Below, piece after piece: positions 9,005-20,294 of a stretch of DNA of 64,000 nucleotides (its first letter is position 1; each line of letters starts with the position of its first letter). The stretch lies in the NCBI GenBank assembly GCA_963695095.1, contig CAVOFT010000001.1:2432001-2496000 (forward strand). Reading direction: 5' to 3'. The notes under the pieces are model-generated. The model saw only the letters and a program-made list of their open reading frames with translations, was not told where the DNA came from and did no database searches. The stretch comes from an uncultured bacterium. GTDB lineage: Bacteria; Krumholzibacteriota; Krumholzibacteriia; JACNKJ01. Both the position numbers and the translations under genes were made by a program.

Positions 9005-10095
9005 TCCGCCTGGACCGCTACGTGCTCCGCCAGTTCCTCAAGGCCCTCGCCCTCGGGCTCCTCGCCTTCCTGGTCATCTTCATCGTCATCGATTTCTTCG
9101 AGAAGCTGGGCGACTACATCGACCGCGATACGCCCTGGCTGGTGGTGGCCAAGCTCTACCTGTTCAAGATCCCCTACATCACCGTGCTGATCCTGCCCAT
9201 CGCCATGCTCCTGGCCAGCCTCTTCAGCCTCGGCCGCCTGTCGCGCGACAACGAGCTGACGGCCATGCTCGCCGCCGGGATCCCCCTGCCCCGCCTGCTG
9301 GCGCCGCTCTTCGTGCTGGCGGCCCTGGTCAGCCTGGGCAGCTACTACTTCAACGATCGCGTGGTGACGCGCGCCAATCTCGCCCTCGAGGATCTGCAGC
9401 GCTACGAGGTGCGGCGCGAGCCGCGGGCGGATCGCGGCGTGCAGCGCTTCGTCCACCGCATCGGCGAAGACGGCAGCGTCTACTGGGCCGAAAGCTACTT
9501 CGTCGCCCAGCAGCGCTTCGAGCGGCTGGTCATCCTGCGCTACGAGGGCAGCCGGCTGCGCGAGTACAGCTCCGCCCGCCACGCCGTCTGGAGCGGCGAC
9601 CACTGGCGCCTGCTCGAGGGCACGCGCCACATCTTCCCCGGCGGCAGCGGCCAGGAGCGGCCCGAGGCGGGCACCTTCAGCTTCGAGAGCTACGACCTGC
9701 CGCCCCTGGCCGAGACGCCGGAGGTCTTCAGCCAGCAGGAGAAGAAGCCCGAGGCGATGGACTACCGGGAGCTGCAGGACTACATCACGGCCCAGGGCCG
9801 CTCCGGCGAGGATGCCGACCGCCTCTGGGTGGACCTGCACGTCAAGGCGAGCTTCCCCTGGGCCAACCTGGTGATCGTGCTGCTGGGCAGCGCGCTCAGC
9901 GCCTCCAAGCGGCGCATCTCGATGGCTGCCGGCTTCGGCCTGACGGTGGCCATCGCCTTCGTCTACCTGATCTTCCTGCGTCTGGGCCTGTCCTTCGGCC
10001 ACAACCAGACCCTGCCACCCTTGCTGGCCGCCTGGGTGGGCAATCTGCTCTTCCTCGTCGTGGGGCTCGGGCTGCTGGCCCGGGCGAGCCGCTAG
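9001..10095 (+). CDS. lptG: LPS export ABC transporter permease LptG (YjgP/YjgQ family)
   Basis: ATGA overlap with lptF. Motifs LDRYVLRQF, NELTAMLAAGI, LPPLLAAWVGN. Confidence 0.88.
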   Translation: MIRLDRYVLRQFLKALALGLLAFLVIFIVIDFFEKLGDYIDRDTPWLVVAKLYLFKIPYITVLILPIAMLLASLFSLGRLSRDNELTAMLAAGIPLPRLLAPLFVLAALVSLGSYYFNDRVVTRANLALEDLQRYEVRREPRADRGVQRFVHRIGEDGSVYWAESYFVAQQRFERLVILRYEGSRLREYSSARHAVWSGDHWRLLEGTRHIFPGGSGQERPEAGTFSFESYDLPPLAETPEVFSQQEKKPEAMDYRELQDYITAQGRSGEDADRLWVDLHVKASFPWANLVIVLLGSALSASKRRISMAAGFGLTVAIAFVYLIFLRLGLSFGHNQTLPPLLAAWVGNLLFLVVGLGLLARASR

Positions 10096-10118
10096 GCCTC
10101 AGCCGCGGGCCGGCGCGC

Positions 10119-10511
10119 TCATGCGGCCAGCCCCGGCAGTCGGCCGAGCCACCAGCCCAGCCAGACCGCGCCCAGCCCCAGCAGGAACTGGGCGCCGACG
10201 TTGGCTCCCACCAGCAGCCACTGGCCGGCCCGCGCGAGCTGCAGGGTCTCGAAGCTGAAGGCGGAGAAGGTCGTGAAGCCGCCCAGCAGGCCGACGAAGA
10301 GCGCGAGCCGGGCGCTCGGTCCGAGGAGGCCGCGGCTCTCGGCCAGAGCGCCGAGCAAGCCGATGAGCAGGGAGCCCAGCGCGTTCACGACCAGGGTGCC
10401 CGCGGGGAAAGCAGCGCCGAAGGGCGTCAGGCGCTGGGCGAGGCCGCCGGCGCCATAGCGCAGCACCGAGCCCAGGAAGCCCCCCAGCCCCACGAGCAGC
10501 CAGCCGGGCAT
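10119..10511 (-). CDS. crcB: Fluoride channel Fluc/CrcB
   Basis: GGFLGSVLRY, GTLVVN, GGFTTFS motifs; 130 aa. Confidence 0.95.
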   Translation of the reverse strand: MPGWLLVGLGGFLGSVLRYGAGGLAQRLTPFGAAFPAGTLVVNALGSLLIGLLGALAESRGLLGPSARLALFVGLLGGFTTFSAFSFETLQLARAGQWLLVGANVGAQFLLGLGAVWLGWWLGRLPGLAA

Positions 10512-10514
10512 GGC

Positions 10515-11783
10515 CTAGGTGCCCGCGGAGTAGTCGTCGGCGTAAGCGATCTGCTCGGGGGTCAGGCGATCGAGCCCCAGGCCCAGGGTCCCCAGCTTCA
10601 GCGCGGCGATCTCCTCGTCCTGGGCGGCCGGGATGTCGTGCACCAGGGCCGGCAGCTGCTTGCCCTCGCGGGCCATCCACAGCAGGCTCATGAACTGGTT
10701 GGCGAAGGACATGTCCATCACCTCGGAGGGGTGCCCCTCGGCGGCTGCCAGGTTGACCAGACGCCCCTTGGCGAGCACGAACAGGCGCCGACCACCGGCG
10801 AGCGTGTAGCGCTCGTTGCTCGGGCGGATCTCGACCGGCGGCGCGGCGGCCAGGCGGGCCAGTTCGACCAGGTTCAGCTCGCAGTCGTAGTGGCCCGTGT
10901 TGCAGACCACGGCGCCGTCCTTCATGGCGGCGAAGTGCCGCTCAACGATGACGTCCTTCATGCCCGTGGCCGTGATGAAGATGTCGCCCTGCGGCGCCGC
11001 CTCGTCCATCGTCATCACGCGAAAGCCCTCGAGGTTGGCCTTCAGGGCCGCCGTGGCCTTCACCTCGGTGACGATCACCTGGGCCCCCATGCCGCGAGCC
11101 CGCATCGCCACGCCGCGCCCGCAGTGCCCGTAGCCGGCCACGACGAACTGCTTGCCGGCGAGCAGGATGCTCGTCGCGCGCAGGATGCCGTCGATCGAGG
11201 ACTGGCCGGTGCCGTAGACGTTGTCGAAGTCCCACTTCGTCTCGGCGTCGTTGACGGCCACCACCGGGTAGCGCAGCTTGCCGTCGGCGGCCATCGCGCG
11301 CAGGCGGTGAACGCCGGTGGTCGTCTCCTCCGTGCCGCCCTGGATCTTGGCGCAGCGCTCGGGGTGCCGGGCGTGCACGCTGAAGATGAGATCGGCGCCG
11401 TCGTCCAGGGTCAGGGTCGGCCCGGCCTCCAGGCACTGATCGATGGCCCAGTAGAACTCGGCCGTGTTCATGCCGTGCCAGGCGTAGATCGGCGTGTCCG
11501 CGGCGGCGAGAGCGGCCGCCACCTCGTCATTCGTGGACAGCGGATTGCAGCCCGACCAGACCACCTCGGCGCCGGCGGCGCGCAGGGTCTCCACGAGCAC
11601 GGCCGTCTCCTTGGTGACGTGCAGGCAGCCGGCAATCAGGTGGCCGCGGAAGGGCTTGCTCGCCCGGAAGCGCTCGCGCAGGGCCATCAGCACCGGCATG
11701 CGGCTCTCCGCCCAGTCGATGCGGCTGCGGCCGGCCGCGGCCAGAGCGAGGTTCGCCACCTTGTAGCGCGTCGTCGTGTTCAT
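10515..11783 (-). CDS. ahcY: Adenosylhomocysteinase
   Basis: GCLHVTKET, EETTTGV, FDNVYGTG, GYGHCGRG, GHPSEVMDMSFANQ. Confidence 0.97.
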   Translation of the reverse strand: MNTTTRYKVANLALAAAGRSRIDWAESRMPVLMALRERFRASKPFRGHLIAGCLHVTKETAVLVETLRAAGAEVVWSGCNPLSTNDEVAAALAAADTPIYAWHGMNTAEFYWAIDQCLEAGPTLTLDDGADLIFSVHARHPERCAKIQGGTEETTTGVHRLRAMAADGKLRYPVVAVNDAETKWDFDNVYGTGQSSIDGILRATSILLAGKQFVVAGYGHCGRGVAMRARGMGAQVIVTEVKATAALKANLEGFRVMTMDEAAPQGDIFITATGMKDVIVERHFAAMKDGAVVCNTGHYDCELNLVELARLAAAPPVEIRPSNERYTLAGGRRLFVLAKGRLVNLAAAEGHPSEVMDMSFANQFMSLLWMAREGKQLPALVHDIPAAQDEEIAALKLGTLGLGLDRLTPEQIAYADDYSAGT

Positions 11784-11880
11784 GGGGTCTCCTTGGTGAC
11801 CAGCGCGCCTGCCGGCGCGGGGGATGGCCCGCGCGGCTTGCCACGCGGAGGATGGCGCAAGTCCGGGGCGCCGGGCGGCC

Positions 11881-13050
<1,170 letters not shown>

Positions 13051-13058
13051 GGTCCTCC

Positions 13059-14084
13059 TCAACGTGGGGAATCGGGGGTGGCACGCTCGCCGCGGACGAC
13101 GCTGTGGTCGCCGAGGTTCAGGCTGCCCCGCAGCCCGTCAACCAGGCAGTGGGCACCGATCAGCGAGTCATGAAGCAGGCAGTTTCTCACACGCGCTCCC
13201 TCGCCGACAACGGAATTCTCCAGGCGGCTGGCGACCACGTGGCAGCCCTCGCCGAGGCTGACATCGGGGCCGATCGTGCAATCGGCGAGTTCCGCCGAGG
13301 GGGGCACGAAGACGGGCGCGCGATAGGTGACACCTGGCCGCGCCGCGGGTAGGGGCTGCCCCTCCAGCAGGGCGCGATTCGTCTCGAGCCAGGACTCCTC
13401 CTTGCCCACGTCGTACCAGTCGGCGATGGGAAAAGGAGTGAGCGGCTCGCCCTGGTCGATCATGAGCTGGAGCGCATCGGTGAGCTGGTACTCGCCGCGG
13501 GTGCGTCGCTCGCCGGCGATGATGGCCGCGAGGGCGGCGCGCAGCACGCCGAGGTCCTGGAAGGTGTAGATGCCGACGAGGGCGAGATCGCTGCGCGGCT
13601 GCTCCGGCTTCTCCTGGAGGTCGACGATGCGGCCGCCCTCCACCACGGCCACGCCGAAGCGCCGGGGATCGTCGACCGCCTTGACGCCCATCGCATGGCC
13701 GGGGGCGGCGAGCAGCCCGGCGAAGTCGGCCCGCACGATGGTGTCGCCCAGCACGATCAGCCCGCGCCCGCTGCTGAGACCGGCGCCCCCCTCCGCGGAG
13801 AGCAGGGCCTGGTGCACGGCATGGCCCAGGCCCAGGCGCTGGGCCTGCACGACCGTGTCCACGGCGAGCCCGGGGTAGCTGGCCGCCACCCACTCCGCGA
13901 TCATGTCGCCGCGGTAGCCGAGGACGAGCACCACTCGGTCCACGCCCACGGCCAGGAGCTGATCGAGGATGTGGCCGAGCACGAGCTTGCCGGCGACGGG
14001 CAGCAGGGCCTTGGGCCGGCTGTGCGTGTGCGGGCGCAGGCGGGTGCCCACGCCCGCGGCGGGAATGATGGCGGTCAGGCTCAT
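13059..14084 (-). CDS. Sugar-phosphate nucleotidyltransferase (RmlA long form / GlmU-like with C-terminal left-handed beta-helix)
   Basis: [33 protein letters not shown]-terminal hexapeptide repeats. Confidence 0.88.
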   Translation of the reverse strand: MSLTAIIPAAGVGTRLRPHTHSRPKALLPVAGKLVLGHILDQLLAVGVDRVVLVLGYRGDMIAEWVAASYPGLAVDTVVQAQRLGLGHAVHQALLSAEGGAGLSSGRGLIVLGDTIVRADFAGLLAAPGHAMGVKAVDDPRRFGVAVVEGGRIVDLQEKPEQPRSDLALVGIYTFQDLGVLRAALAAIIAGERRTRGEYQLTDALQLMIDQGEPLTPFPIADWYDVGKEESWLETNRALLEGQPLPAARPGVTYRAPVFVPPSAELADCTIGPDVSLGEGCHVVASRLENSVVGEGARVRNCLLHDSLIGAHCLVDGLRGSLNLGDHSVVRGERATPDSPR

Positions 14085-15172
14085 GCCGGCTCCTCGGCGA
14101 CGGCGAGTCGTTGCTTCATGGCCGTCAGCGCGGGCGTGGCCGTCGGATCGACGCCTCGCATCAGGGCATGGTAGGCGGTCAGGGTGTCTCCCAGCAGCAG
14201 GCTTGTCAACAGGCGCGGCAGCAGGCCCTCGCCGCGGGCGGGGATCTCCAGGCCGGCCTGGCCGCGCGCGGCCAGCAGCTCCTCGCTCAAGCGCCGACGC
14301 AGCAACACGCGGGGATGGGCGGCCACGGCGCCCAGCCAGACGGGCAGCCCGGGCAGATCGCCGGCCGACCAGGCAACCCAGCTGTTGTGATGCAACTCGG
14401 GCAGGCTGCGCTGCTCGGCGGCGCGCTTGGCGTTTTCCTCGAACTGGCAGCGCAGGCGCAGCGCCACCGCCTCCCAGGCCGGCGCCAGCGCACAGAAGAT
14501 GGGCCGCGCCTCGCCCAGCGCCAGGGCCAGTGCCTTGGCCGGATTGCCCGGCAGCGGCTGCGCGGGGGCGCAGGCGGCGGCCACGGCCTCGAGACCGGCC
14601 GCCAGCTCGGCCGGCGATTCGGCCGCGGGATCGTGCAGGCCGTAGCCGGCTCCGATCGCGAGCAGGCGGCCGAGCATGGCCGGCAGCGCGCAGCGCGGGC
14701 TGTAGCCGGCGGGCAGGCTGAAGCGGACGCAGTCGGCGCCCTCGGCGAGCAGGCGGCCGCCGGTCGTCACCAGCAGCGGCGCCAGCCCGGCTCGCCGCGC
14801 CGCCGCGAGCAGGGCGAGCACTTCTTCGGTATCGCCGGAGTAGCTGCACAGGACGAGCGCATCGCGGGGTCTCAGTGCCGGCAGCCGGTAGTCGCGCACC
14901 GTCAGCAGCTGGGTCTCGGCAATGCTGCCGCCGGCGGCGTAGAAGGCGGCCAGGAGGTCCCCGCCGATGGCGCTGCCCCCCATGCCGCCGATCAGCAGGC
15001 GGCCCGGCGGCCGGCGGATCGCGGCGCCGGGCTCCCAGCCCGCGGGCAGTTGCTCCCCGCGCGCCGCGGCGAGCAAGGCCGGAAAGGCCGCCAGCTTGCC
15101 CAGCATCTCGCCGGGGTCCAGGGCGGCCAGGGCGGCCGGATCGGCCAGGCGCGCGCGCCAGTCGCCGCTCAC
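14081..15172 (-). CDS. Bifunctional phosphoglucose/phosphomannose isomerase (SIS domain)
   Basis: GMGGSAIGG, SYSGDTEE, QFEENAK, PELHHN, RGVDP motifs. Confidence 0.9.
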   Translation of the reverse strand: MSGDWRARLADPAALAALDPGEMLGKLAAFPALLAAARGEQLPAGWEPGAAIRRPPGRLLIGGMGGSAIGGDLLAAFYAAGGSIAETQLLTVRDYRLPALRPRDALVLCSYSGDTEEVLALLAAARRAGLAPLLVTTGGRLLAEGADCVRFSLPAGYSPRCALPAMLGRLLAIGAGYGLHDPAAESPAELAAGLEAVAAACAPAQPLPGNPAKALALALGEARPIFCALAPAWEAVALRLRCQFEENAKRAAEQRSLPELHHNSWVAWSAGDLPGLPVWLGAVAAHPRVLLRRRLSEELLAARGQAGLEIPARGEGLLPRLLTSLLLGDTLTAYHALMRGVDPTATPALTAMKQRLAVAEEPA

Positions 15173-16944
15173 GAGGGCTTCTCGGCGCGCTGCAGGGAGG
15201 CCGCCAGCTCGGGGAACTTGCGGGCGGCGAGGCGGGAGACGTTGCGCTTGATCTCCTCGGCGGTCGCGTAGCTCCAGGCGCTCTTGACCAGGCTGCGCGC
15301 CTGATCGTAGGTGATGCTGCGAATGATGCGCTTGATCTCGGGCAAGCGGTAGGGATTGACGCTGATCTCGTCCAGCCCCAGCCCGATGAGCAGGATCGTG
15401 AACAGGGGCTCGTCCGGCAGCTCGCCGCAGATGCCCACCCAGCAGCCCCCCTCCTTGCCGGCCGCCACCGTGCGCTTGATCTGGCGCAGGATGGCCGGAT
15501 GGAAGGGCTCGTAGAGACGCCGCACGAAGTCGTTGTCGCGATCGATGGCCAGCGAGAACTGGATGAGATCGTTGGTGCCGATGCTGAAGAAGTCCACCTC
15601 GCGCGCGAGCAGATGCGCGATGACGACCGCGCTCGGGGTCTCGATCATCACGCCGAGCTGGTACTCGGTCTGGAAGGGCAAGCCCTCCGCGCTGAGCTCG
15701 GCCGCGACCTCGCCGAGGTGCCGCTTGACCTCGCGGATCTCCTCGACGCAGGAGACCATCGGCACCATCAAGCGCAGGTTGCCGGCGACGCCCGCGCGCA
15801 GGATGGCCCGGAGCTGCGTGCGGAAGATGCGCGGCTGATCGAGCGCGTAGCGGATGCCCCGCCAGCCCAGCGAGGGGTTGTCCTCGGCGGGAAAGCGCAT
15901 GGCCGGGGAGACCTTGTCGCCACCCAGGTCCATGCTGCGGATGATCACCGGATCAGGGGCGAGGGCCGCCAGCACCTCGCGATAGACCGCCAGTTGCGCT
16001 TCCTCGTCCGGGAACTCGGGCGAAGCGAGAAAGAGGTACTCGGTTCGAAAGAGCCCCACGCCGGCGGCGCCGTGCTCGACGGCGGCGGCCGCCTCGGCGG
16101 GCAGCTCGATGTTGGCGAGCAGTTCGATCTGGCGGCCGTCGCGGGTCTCAGCTGCGTAGTCCTTGTAGCGCAGGCTCTGGCGCTCCAGCTCGGCGTAGGC
16201 CGCGCGCAAGCGGGCGAACTGCGCCTCCACGCGCGCGTCCGGATGCAGCACGATCTGGCCCGTATGGCCGTCCAGGATGATCTGATCGCCGCTCTTGGCG
16301 GCCGTGGTCAGGTCCTCCACGCCCACCACGACGGGGATGCCCAGGCTGCGGCCGAGGATCACCGAGTGGCTGGTCTCGCCGCCGCGCTCGGTGACGAATC
16401 CGAGCACGAACTCGCGACTCATCGTGGCGGCATCCGAGGGACTGATGTCCCGCGCCACCACGATGACCGGCTCGCTCAGGTCGCCGAAGCCCTTGGCGCC
16501 CTCGCCCAGCAGCTCGGCCAGCACGCGGCGCTCGACGTCGCGCAGGTCGCTGCTGCGGTCGGACAGACCGCCGTCCAGGCTCTGGAAGGTGCGCACGACG
16601 CTCTGGCAGGCTTCGGCGTAGGCCGTCTCGGCGCACCAGCCCTCGCCGATCAGATGCCGCGTCTGCCCGAGCAGGAACTGATCGAGCAGGATGAAGCGGT
16701 GGGCATCGAAGATGCGGGCGTGATCCTCGCCCAGCTCCTCGGCGACGCGCGCCCGCGCCGTGAGGATCTCGCCTTCGGTGGCTTTCAGCGCCGCGTCGAA
16801 GCGCGCGAACTCATTCGGGATGGCGGCGGGCTCGACCTGGCGCGGCACACCGGTGGGGAGATCTTGGTCGTAGACGAAGACCGGGCCCGTCGCCACCCCG
16901 GGCGCGCCGGGACGGCCCTGGAATCGACGGGGCTCAGGGGGCAT
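15169..16944 (-). CDS. ptsI: PTS enzyme I (PEP-protein phosphotransferase)
   Basis: GGETSHS phospho-His motif, GVGLFRTE, DLGGDK, MIETP, SIGTNDLIQ, CGE. Confidence 0.95.
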   Translation of the reverse strand: MPPEPRRFQGRPGAPGVATGPVFVYDQDLPTGVPRQVEPAAIPNEFARFDAALKATEGEILTARARVAEELGEDHARIFDAHRFILLDQFLLGQTRHLIGEGWCAETAYAEACQSVVRTFQSLDGGLSDRSSDLRDVERRVLAELLGEGAKGFGDLSEPVIVVARDISPSDAATMSREFVLGFVTERGGETSHSVILGRSLGIPVVVGVEDLTTAAKSGDQIILDGHTGQIVLHPDARVEAQFARLRAAYAELERQSLRYKDYAAETRDGRQIELLANIELPAEAAAAVEHGAAGVGLFRTEYLFLASPEFPDEEAQLAVYREVLAALAPDPVIIRSMDLGGDKVSPAMRFPAEDNPSLGWRGIRYALDQPRIFRTQLRAILRAGVAGNLRLMVPMVSCVEEIREVKRHLGEVAAELSAEGLPFQTEYQLGVMIETPSAVVIAHLLAREVDFFSIGTNDLIQFSLAIDRDNDFVRRLYEPFHPAILRQIKRTVAAGKEGGCWVGICGELPDEPLFTILLIGLGLDEISVNPYRLPEIKRIIRSITYDQARSLVKSAWSYATAEEIKRNVSRLAARKFPELAASLQRAEKPS

Positions 16945-17206
16945 CCTCGTAGAACCCCCGCGCGAAGAGCGCTGCAATCTCGGCGATGGCGATCGCCTCT
17001 TTCTCGCCTTCACAGCGCACCCGCACGCTGCTGCCCTTGGCGGCGCCCAGGGCCGCCACACCCAGGATGCTCTTGCCGTCCACTTCGATGATGCCGTTGG
17101 AGAGCGTCACCTTGCAGTCCAGGGAGGAGGTCAGCTTCACCAGCTCGCTCGCGGCGCGCAGGTGCAGACCCTTGGCGTTGACGACTTGCAGATCCCGTTC
17201 CAGCAA
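16934..17206 (-). CDS. ptsH: Phosphocarrier protein HPr
   Basis: NAKGLHLRAA (His15) and DGKSIL (Ser46); TTG start after AAGGAG; about 90 aa. Confidence 0.92.
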   Translation of the reverse strand: MLERDLQVVNAKGLHLRAASELVKLTSSLDCKVTLSNGIIEVDGKSILGVAALGAAKGSSVRVRCEGEKEAIAIAEIAALFARGFYEDAP

Positions 17207-17249
17207 GACCGCTCCTTCCTTGGCCGGCACACCGGCCGGCCTCGACCGG

Positions 17250-19352
17250 CTAGCCGGCCGGCGACAGCTCCACGCGGTAGCACAGGGAGGCCACTTCGCC
17301 GTCGCCCAGATCGAGCTCTCGGCCGAGACACAGCCAGGATCCCTGGTAGACGCGCTCGAAGCCCGCCTCCGAGAGGCTGACCGTTTCGATCGGCTCACGA
17401 TAGACCGCCAGCGCCGCCCCGGCAAGGGCGATGCTGACCCCGCTCCAGTCGTCCCGCAGCTCCAGGCGCTCGCCGCGCTCCCAGCCCTGGCTGCGCAGCT
17501 GGGCTGCCGCCGCCGGCCGGCCGTCGATGAGGATGCGGCGGTCCGGGGCCTCGGGCGCGAGCAGGTTGATATTCCAGCCCGAGCCCAGCGTGGCCTGGAG
17601 ACGACCCGGGCCCGTGTAGCGCAGCGCCAGCTCCACGGACAGGGCGGCGCCGCCCGCGGCCCAGCGCAGGCGCTTGTCCAGAGCGAGGCGCCGCCCGGGC
17701 TCGAACTCGCACTCGGCGCCGAGGCGCAGTTCGCCGTCGGGCGCGGCGGGGGCCTCGACCTGGAAGTCCAGGTCCGCGAAGTCGAACCAGGCGCCGCCAT
17801 AGGGCAGGGCCGCCGCGCCGGCGGCGTAGAGACCTTCCTCCAGGCTGGCGCGAGCGCGCGGATCATAAGTGAGGTAGGCCTCCAGGCCCGGCTCCTTGGC
17901 GAGAACGAGATCGTGAATGCTCTTCGCCCCCGCCTCGTCGGCGCCCGGGGTCCCCGGCGGCGGGGCCGCGGCCAGCTCCCGCAACTGCGCGTGGTAGGAC
18001 TCCTCGCGGCGGCTGAGCACATTGGTGAAGGGGAAGGGCCGGGCCAGGTAGTCCAGCTCGCGCACGCGACCGCCGCGCGGCGAGATGAACAGCCGGGCCT
18101 GAGGGCTGCACCAGATGAGCTCGCGGTGGCCGTCCAGATCGAGATCCTCGCGCGCGAACGCATAGGCCGCGGGCAGGAGCAGGCGGTCGGCGGCGACCAG
18201 CCGCTCGAGAATGGCCTGGCGCAGGTGCGGCAGGTAGAGACCGCCGAAGAGGCCATGCCAGTAGCCGCAATTGCACTGGGCCTGCAGCAGCAGGTCCTCC
18301 GCCTCGGCGAGCGTGGCCTCGGGCAGGGCGCCCGCGGCGCGGGCGGCGGCGAGGGCGCGGCCGGTCCAGAGCATGCGCTTGTGCAGCCAGTTGCTCTCCT
18401 CGTACTTGACGAAGAAGTTGCGCCAGAAGCCGCCGCGCACGAAGGGCGCCAGGGCGGCGGAGGCCCCCTTGGCGAGGGCGGACAGGGCGTGGACGCTGCG
18501 CTGGGCGGCCAGGGGCAGGGCCCACTCCCCCATCTCCGTGTAGCTGGCCGTGGGCAGGTAGGCCACGCCCAAGGGCGGCCGGCTGTCCAGCACCTGGGAG
18601 AAGCCGGCCAGCTCGAGATCGGGAGCCGCCGTCAGCGCCGCGAAGAGCCGCTCGAGATAGCCTTCGCCGTAGCAGAGCTCGTGCGTGCTGCTCCAGACGC
18701 CGAACTTCTCGCCGTCGTCCATGAGCACGCCGAGCTCGCCGCCCGGCGCTGCGTCCAGGCTCGCCAGGTGGGCGAGCACCTCGGGCACGGGCCGGAAGGG
18801 CACGAGGTAGCGCAGGCGCATCGAGATCGGGAAGACGGCCAGCGAGTGGCCCTCCTCCTCGGTGAGGTAGTAGCCGGCGAGCTGATCCGGGGCGAAACCG
18901 CTGGCCAGGAAGTGGCTGTCGTCCAGGGCCACCCAGTCCAGCCCGTGCTCGGCGAGCAGGCGCGGCAGGTGCGGCTCCCAGATGCGTTCGGCCAGCCACA
19001 GGCCCCGCGGTCGGCGGCCGAAGCGGCGCTCCAGTTCGCGGCAGGTCAGCTCCACCTGGGCGTGCCGATCCCGCTCGGGCAGCACGCTGAGGATGGGCTC
19101 CCACCAGCCGCCCCCCACCATCTCCACCTGCCCGCGCGCGACGAGGGCGGCGAGGCGCTCCAGGTACTCGGGCGTCTCGCGTTGATGCCAGGCGTAGAGC
19201 GGCCCCGAGATGTGCATCGCCGTGCGCAGGCGGGGATGGCGCTCGAGGCAGTCGAGGAAGGGCTGGTAGGCCCGCGCATGCGCATCGCGGATCACGTGAT
19301 CGAAATTGCCCACGGGCTGATGATTGTGGATGCCGAAGACGAAGGTGGCCAT
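17250..19352 (-). CDS. GH57 alpha-amylase / 4-alpha-glucanotransferase
   Basis: HNHQP, WLAERIWEP, DDGEKFG, YWHGLFGGLYLPHLR, SLSEAGFERVYQG motifs; 700 aa. Confidence 0.92.
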   Translation of the reverse strand: MATFVFGIHNHQPVGNFDHVIRDAHARAYQPFLDCLERHPRLRTAMHISGPLYAWHQRETPEYLERLAALVARGQVEMVGGGWWEPILSVLPERDRHAQVELTCRELERRFGRRPRGLWLAERIWEPHLPRLLAEHGLDWVALDDSHFLASGFAPDQLAGYYLTEEEGHSLAVFPISMRLRYLVPFRPVPEVLAHLASLDAAPGGELGVLMDDGEKFGVWSSTHELCYGEGYLERLFAALTAAPDLELAGFSQVLDSRPPLGVAYLPTASYTEMGEWALPLAAQRSVHALSALAKGASAALAPFVRGGFWRNFFVKYEESNWLHKRMLWTGRALAAARAAGALPEATLAEAEDLLLQAQCNCGYWHGLFGGLYLPHLRQAILERLVAADRLLLPAAYAFAREDLDLDGHRELIWCSPQARLFISPRGGRVRELDYLARPFPFTNVLSRREESYHAQLRELAAAPPPGTPGADEAGAKSIHDLVLAKEPGLEAYLTYDPRARASLEEGLYAAGAAALPYGGAWFDFADLDFQVEAPAAPDGELRLGAECEFEPGRRLALDKRLRWAAGGAALSVELALRYTGPGRLQATLGSGWNINLLAPEAPDRRILIDGRPAAAAQLRSQGWERGERLELRDDWSGVSIALAGAALAVYREPIETVSLSEAGFERVYQGSWLCLGRELDLGDGEVASLCYRVELSPAG

Positions 19353-19828
19353 GGCCTAGCTCCCCCTCGCGAGCCGGCGCCGCGGGCGAGAACCGCAACC
19401 GGGATCGCCGGCTCGTTCGGGAAGCGCTGGCAACGCACGATCAGGCCGCCCTCCGCGAGCTGAAGGAGCGCCGCGAGGCTCTCCGCGGCAGGCGTGAAGT
19501 CCTCCGCCAGCGGCTGGCCGCCGGCCTCGCGCAGGCCGATGATCACCAGGCCCTTGATCTCGATCCCGACGCGCGGGAGACTCTCGAGCGCTGGCGGCGC
19601 ATCGGTCAGCCAGAAGTCGCCGGGCCGCGGCGCGGGCAGCTGCGCATCGGCGAGTTCGCAGCAGACCAGCGGCAGGCCGAGCTCCGCGGCCGAGGCCGCG
19701 TAGAGCAGGGCCCGCGGGCTGTCGGCCAGGCCCCGCGCAACGAGGACGATGCGCGTCGGCTTGAGCACGGGCAGCCAGCCGTGCAGGATGCGGCCGTGGA
19801 GCAGGCGGTCGTCGAGATGGAGGTCCAC
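19292..19828 (-). CDS. Mannose/sorbose-family PTS EIIB-like protein (divergent)
   Basis: N-terminal HLDDRLLHGRILHGW matches the RIDDRLIHGQV signature and it follows EIIA. The 3' end overlaps GH57 by about 60 nt, so the stop is uncertain. Confidence 0.75.
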   Translation of the reverse strand: MDLHLDDRLLHGRILHGWLPVLKPTRIVLVARGLADSPRALLYAASAAELGLPLVCCELADAQLPAPRPGDFWLTDAPPALESLPRVGIEIKGLVIIGLREAGGQPLAEDFTPAAESLAALLQLAEGGLIVRCQRFPNEPAIPVAVLARGAGSRGGARPWPPSSSASTIISPWAISIT

Positions 19829-19835
19829 AGGGATC

Positions 19836-20225
19836 CTAGAGGCTGGGGGGCGTGAGTTCACGGATGGCGTTCTGCCCCCGGTGGATGATCCCCCGCACGA
19901 GGGCCGGCGCGCTGAGTTCGTGGCGGTGGGCCAGATAGTAAAGCAGGATCGGCAGGTTGACGCCACTGATCAGATGCAGTCCCGGCCGGCCCGCGAGCCG
20001 AGCCAGGCAGGCGGTGGCGCAGCTGCCGCCGAAGTAGTCCGTGAAGACGAGCCCGGTCTCGCCCAGAGCGGCCATCCGTTCGCCGACGGCCGCGTCCAGG
20101 GCCTCGGCCGAGAGCCCGTCATTGGACAGCGCGCTGATCCCCGTCGGCTCTCCGTAGATGCCGGCCAGGGCGGCCAAGAACGCCTCCCCGAGCTTGCCGT
20201 GGCAGACGATGAGGGCGGGAATCAT
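19836..20225 (-). CDS. Mannose-family PTS EIIA component
   Basis: LIVCHG, FTDYFGGSC, ISGVNLPIL motifs. Confidence 0.9.
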   Translation of the reverse strand: MIPALIVCHGKLGEAFLAALAGIYGEPTGISALSNDGLSAEALDAAVGERMAALGETGLVFTDYFGGSCATACLARLAGRPGLHLISGVNLPILLYYLAHRHELSAPALVRGIIHRGQNAIRELTPPSL

Positions 20226-20294
20226 GCACACTCCAGCGCGGCTGAGGCTGGCCCGATCTTCCGGCGCGGCGCCGGCCAAGTCAAGCCGCTTTCC

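Noticed and set aside
10512..10514. Fluoride riboswitch before crcB
   Set aside because: Only 3 nt separate ahcY and crcB, so there is no leader.
11784..11880. SAH or SAM riboswitch between metK and ahcY
   Set aside because: Only GC-rich hairpins; I could not find the conserved SAH riboswitch core or its pseudoknot partner.
19292..19360. Possible EIIB-GH57 translational fusion
   Set aside because: The genes are in different frames and GH57 has its own RBS and ATG; the overlap may come from an indel in the G5 run.
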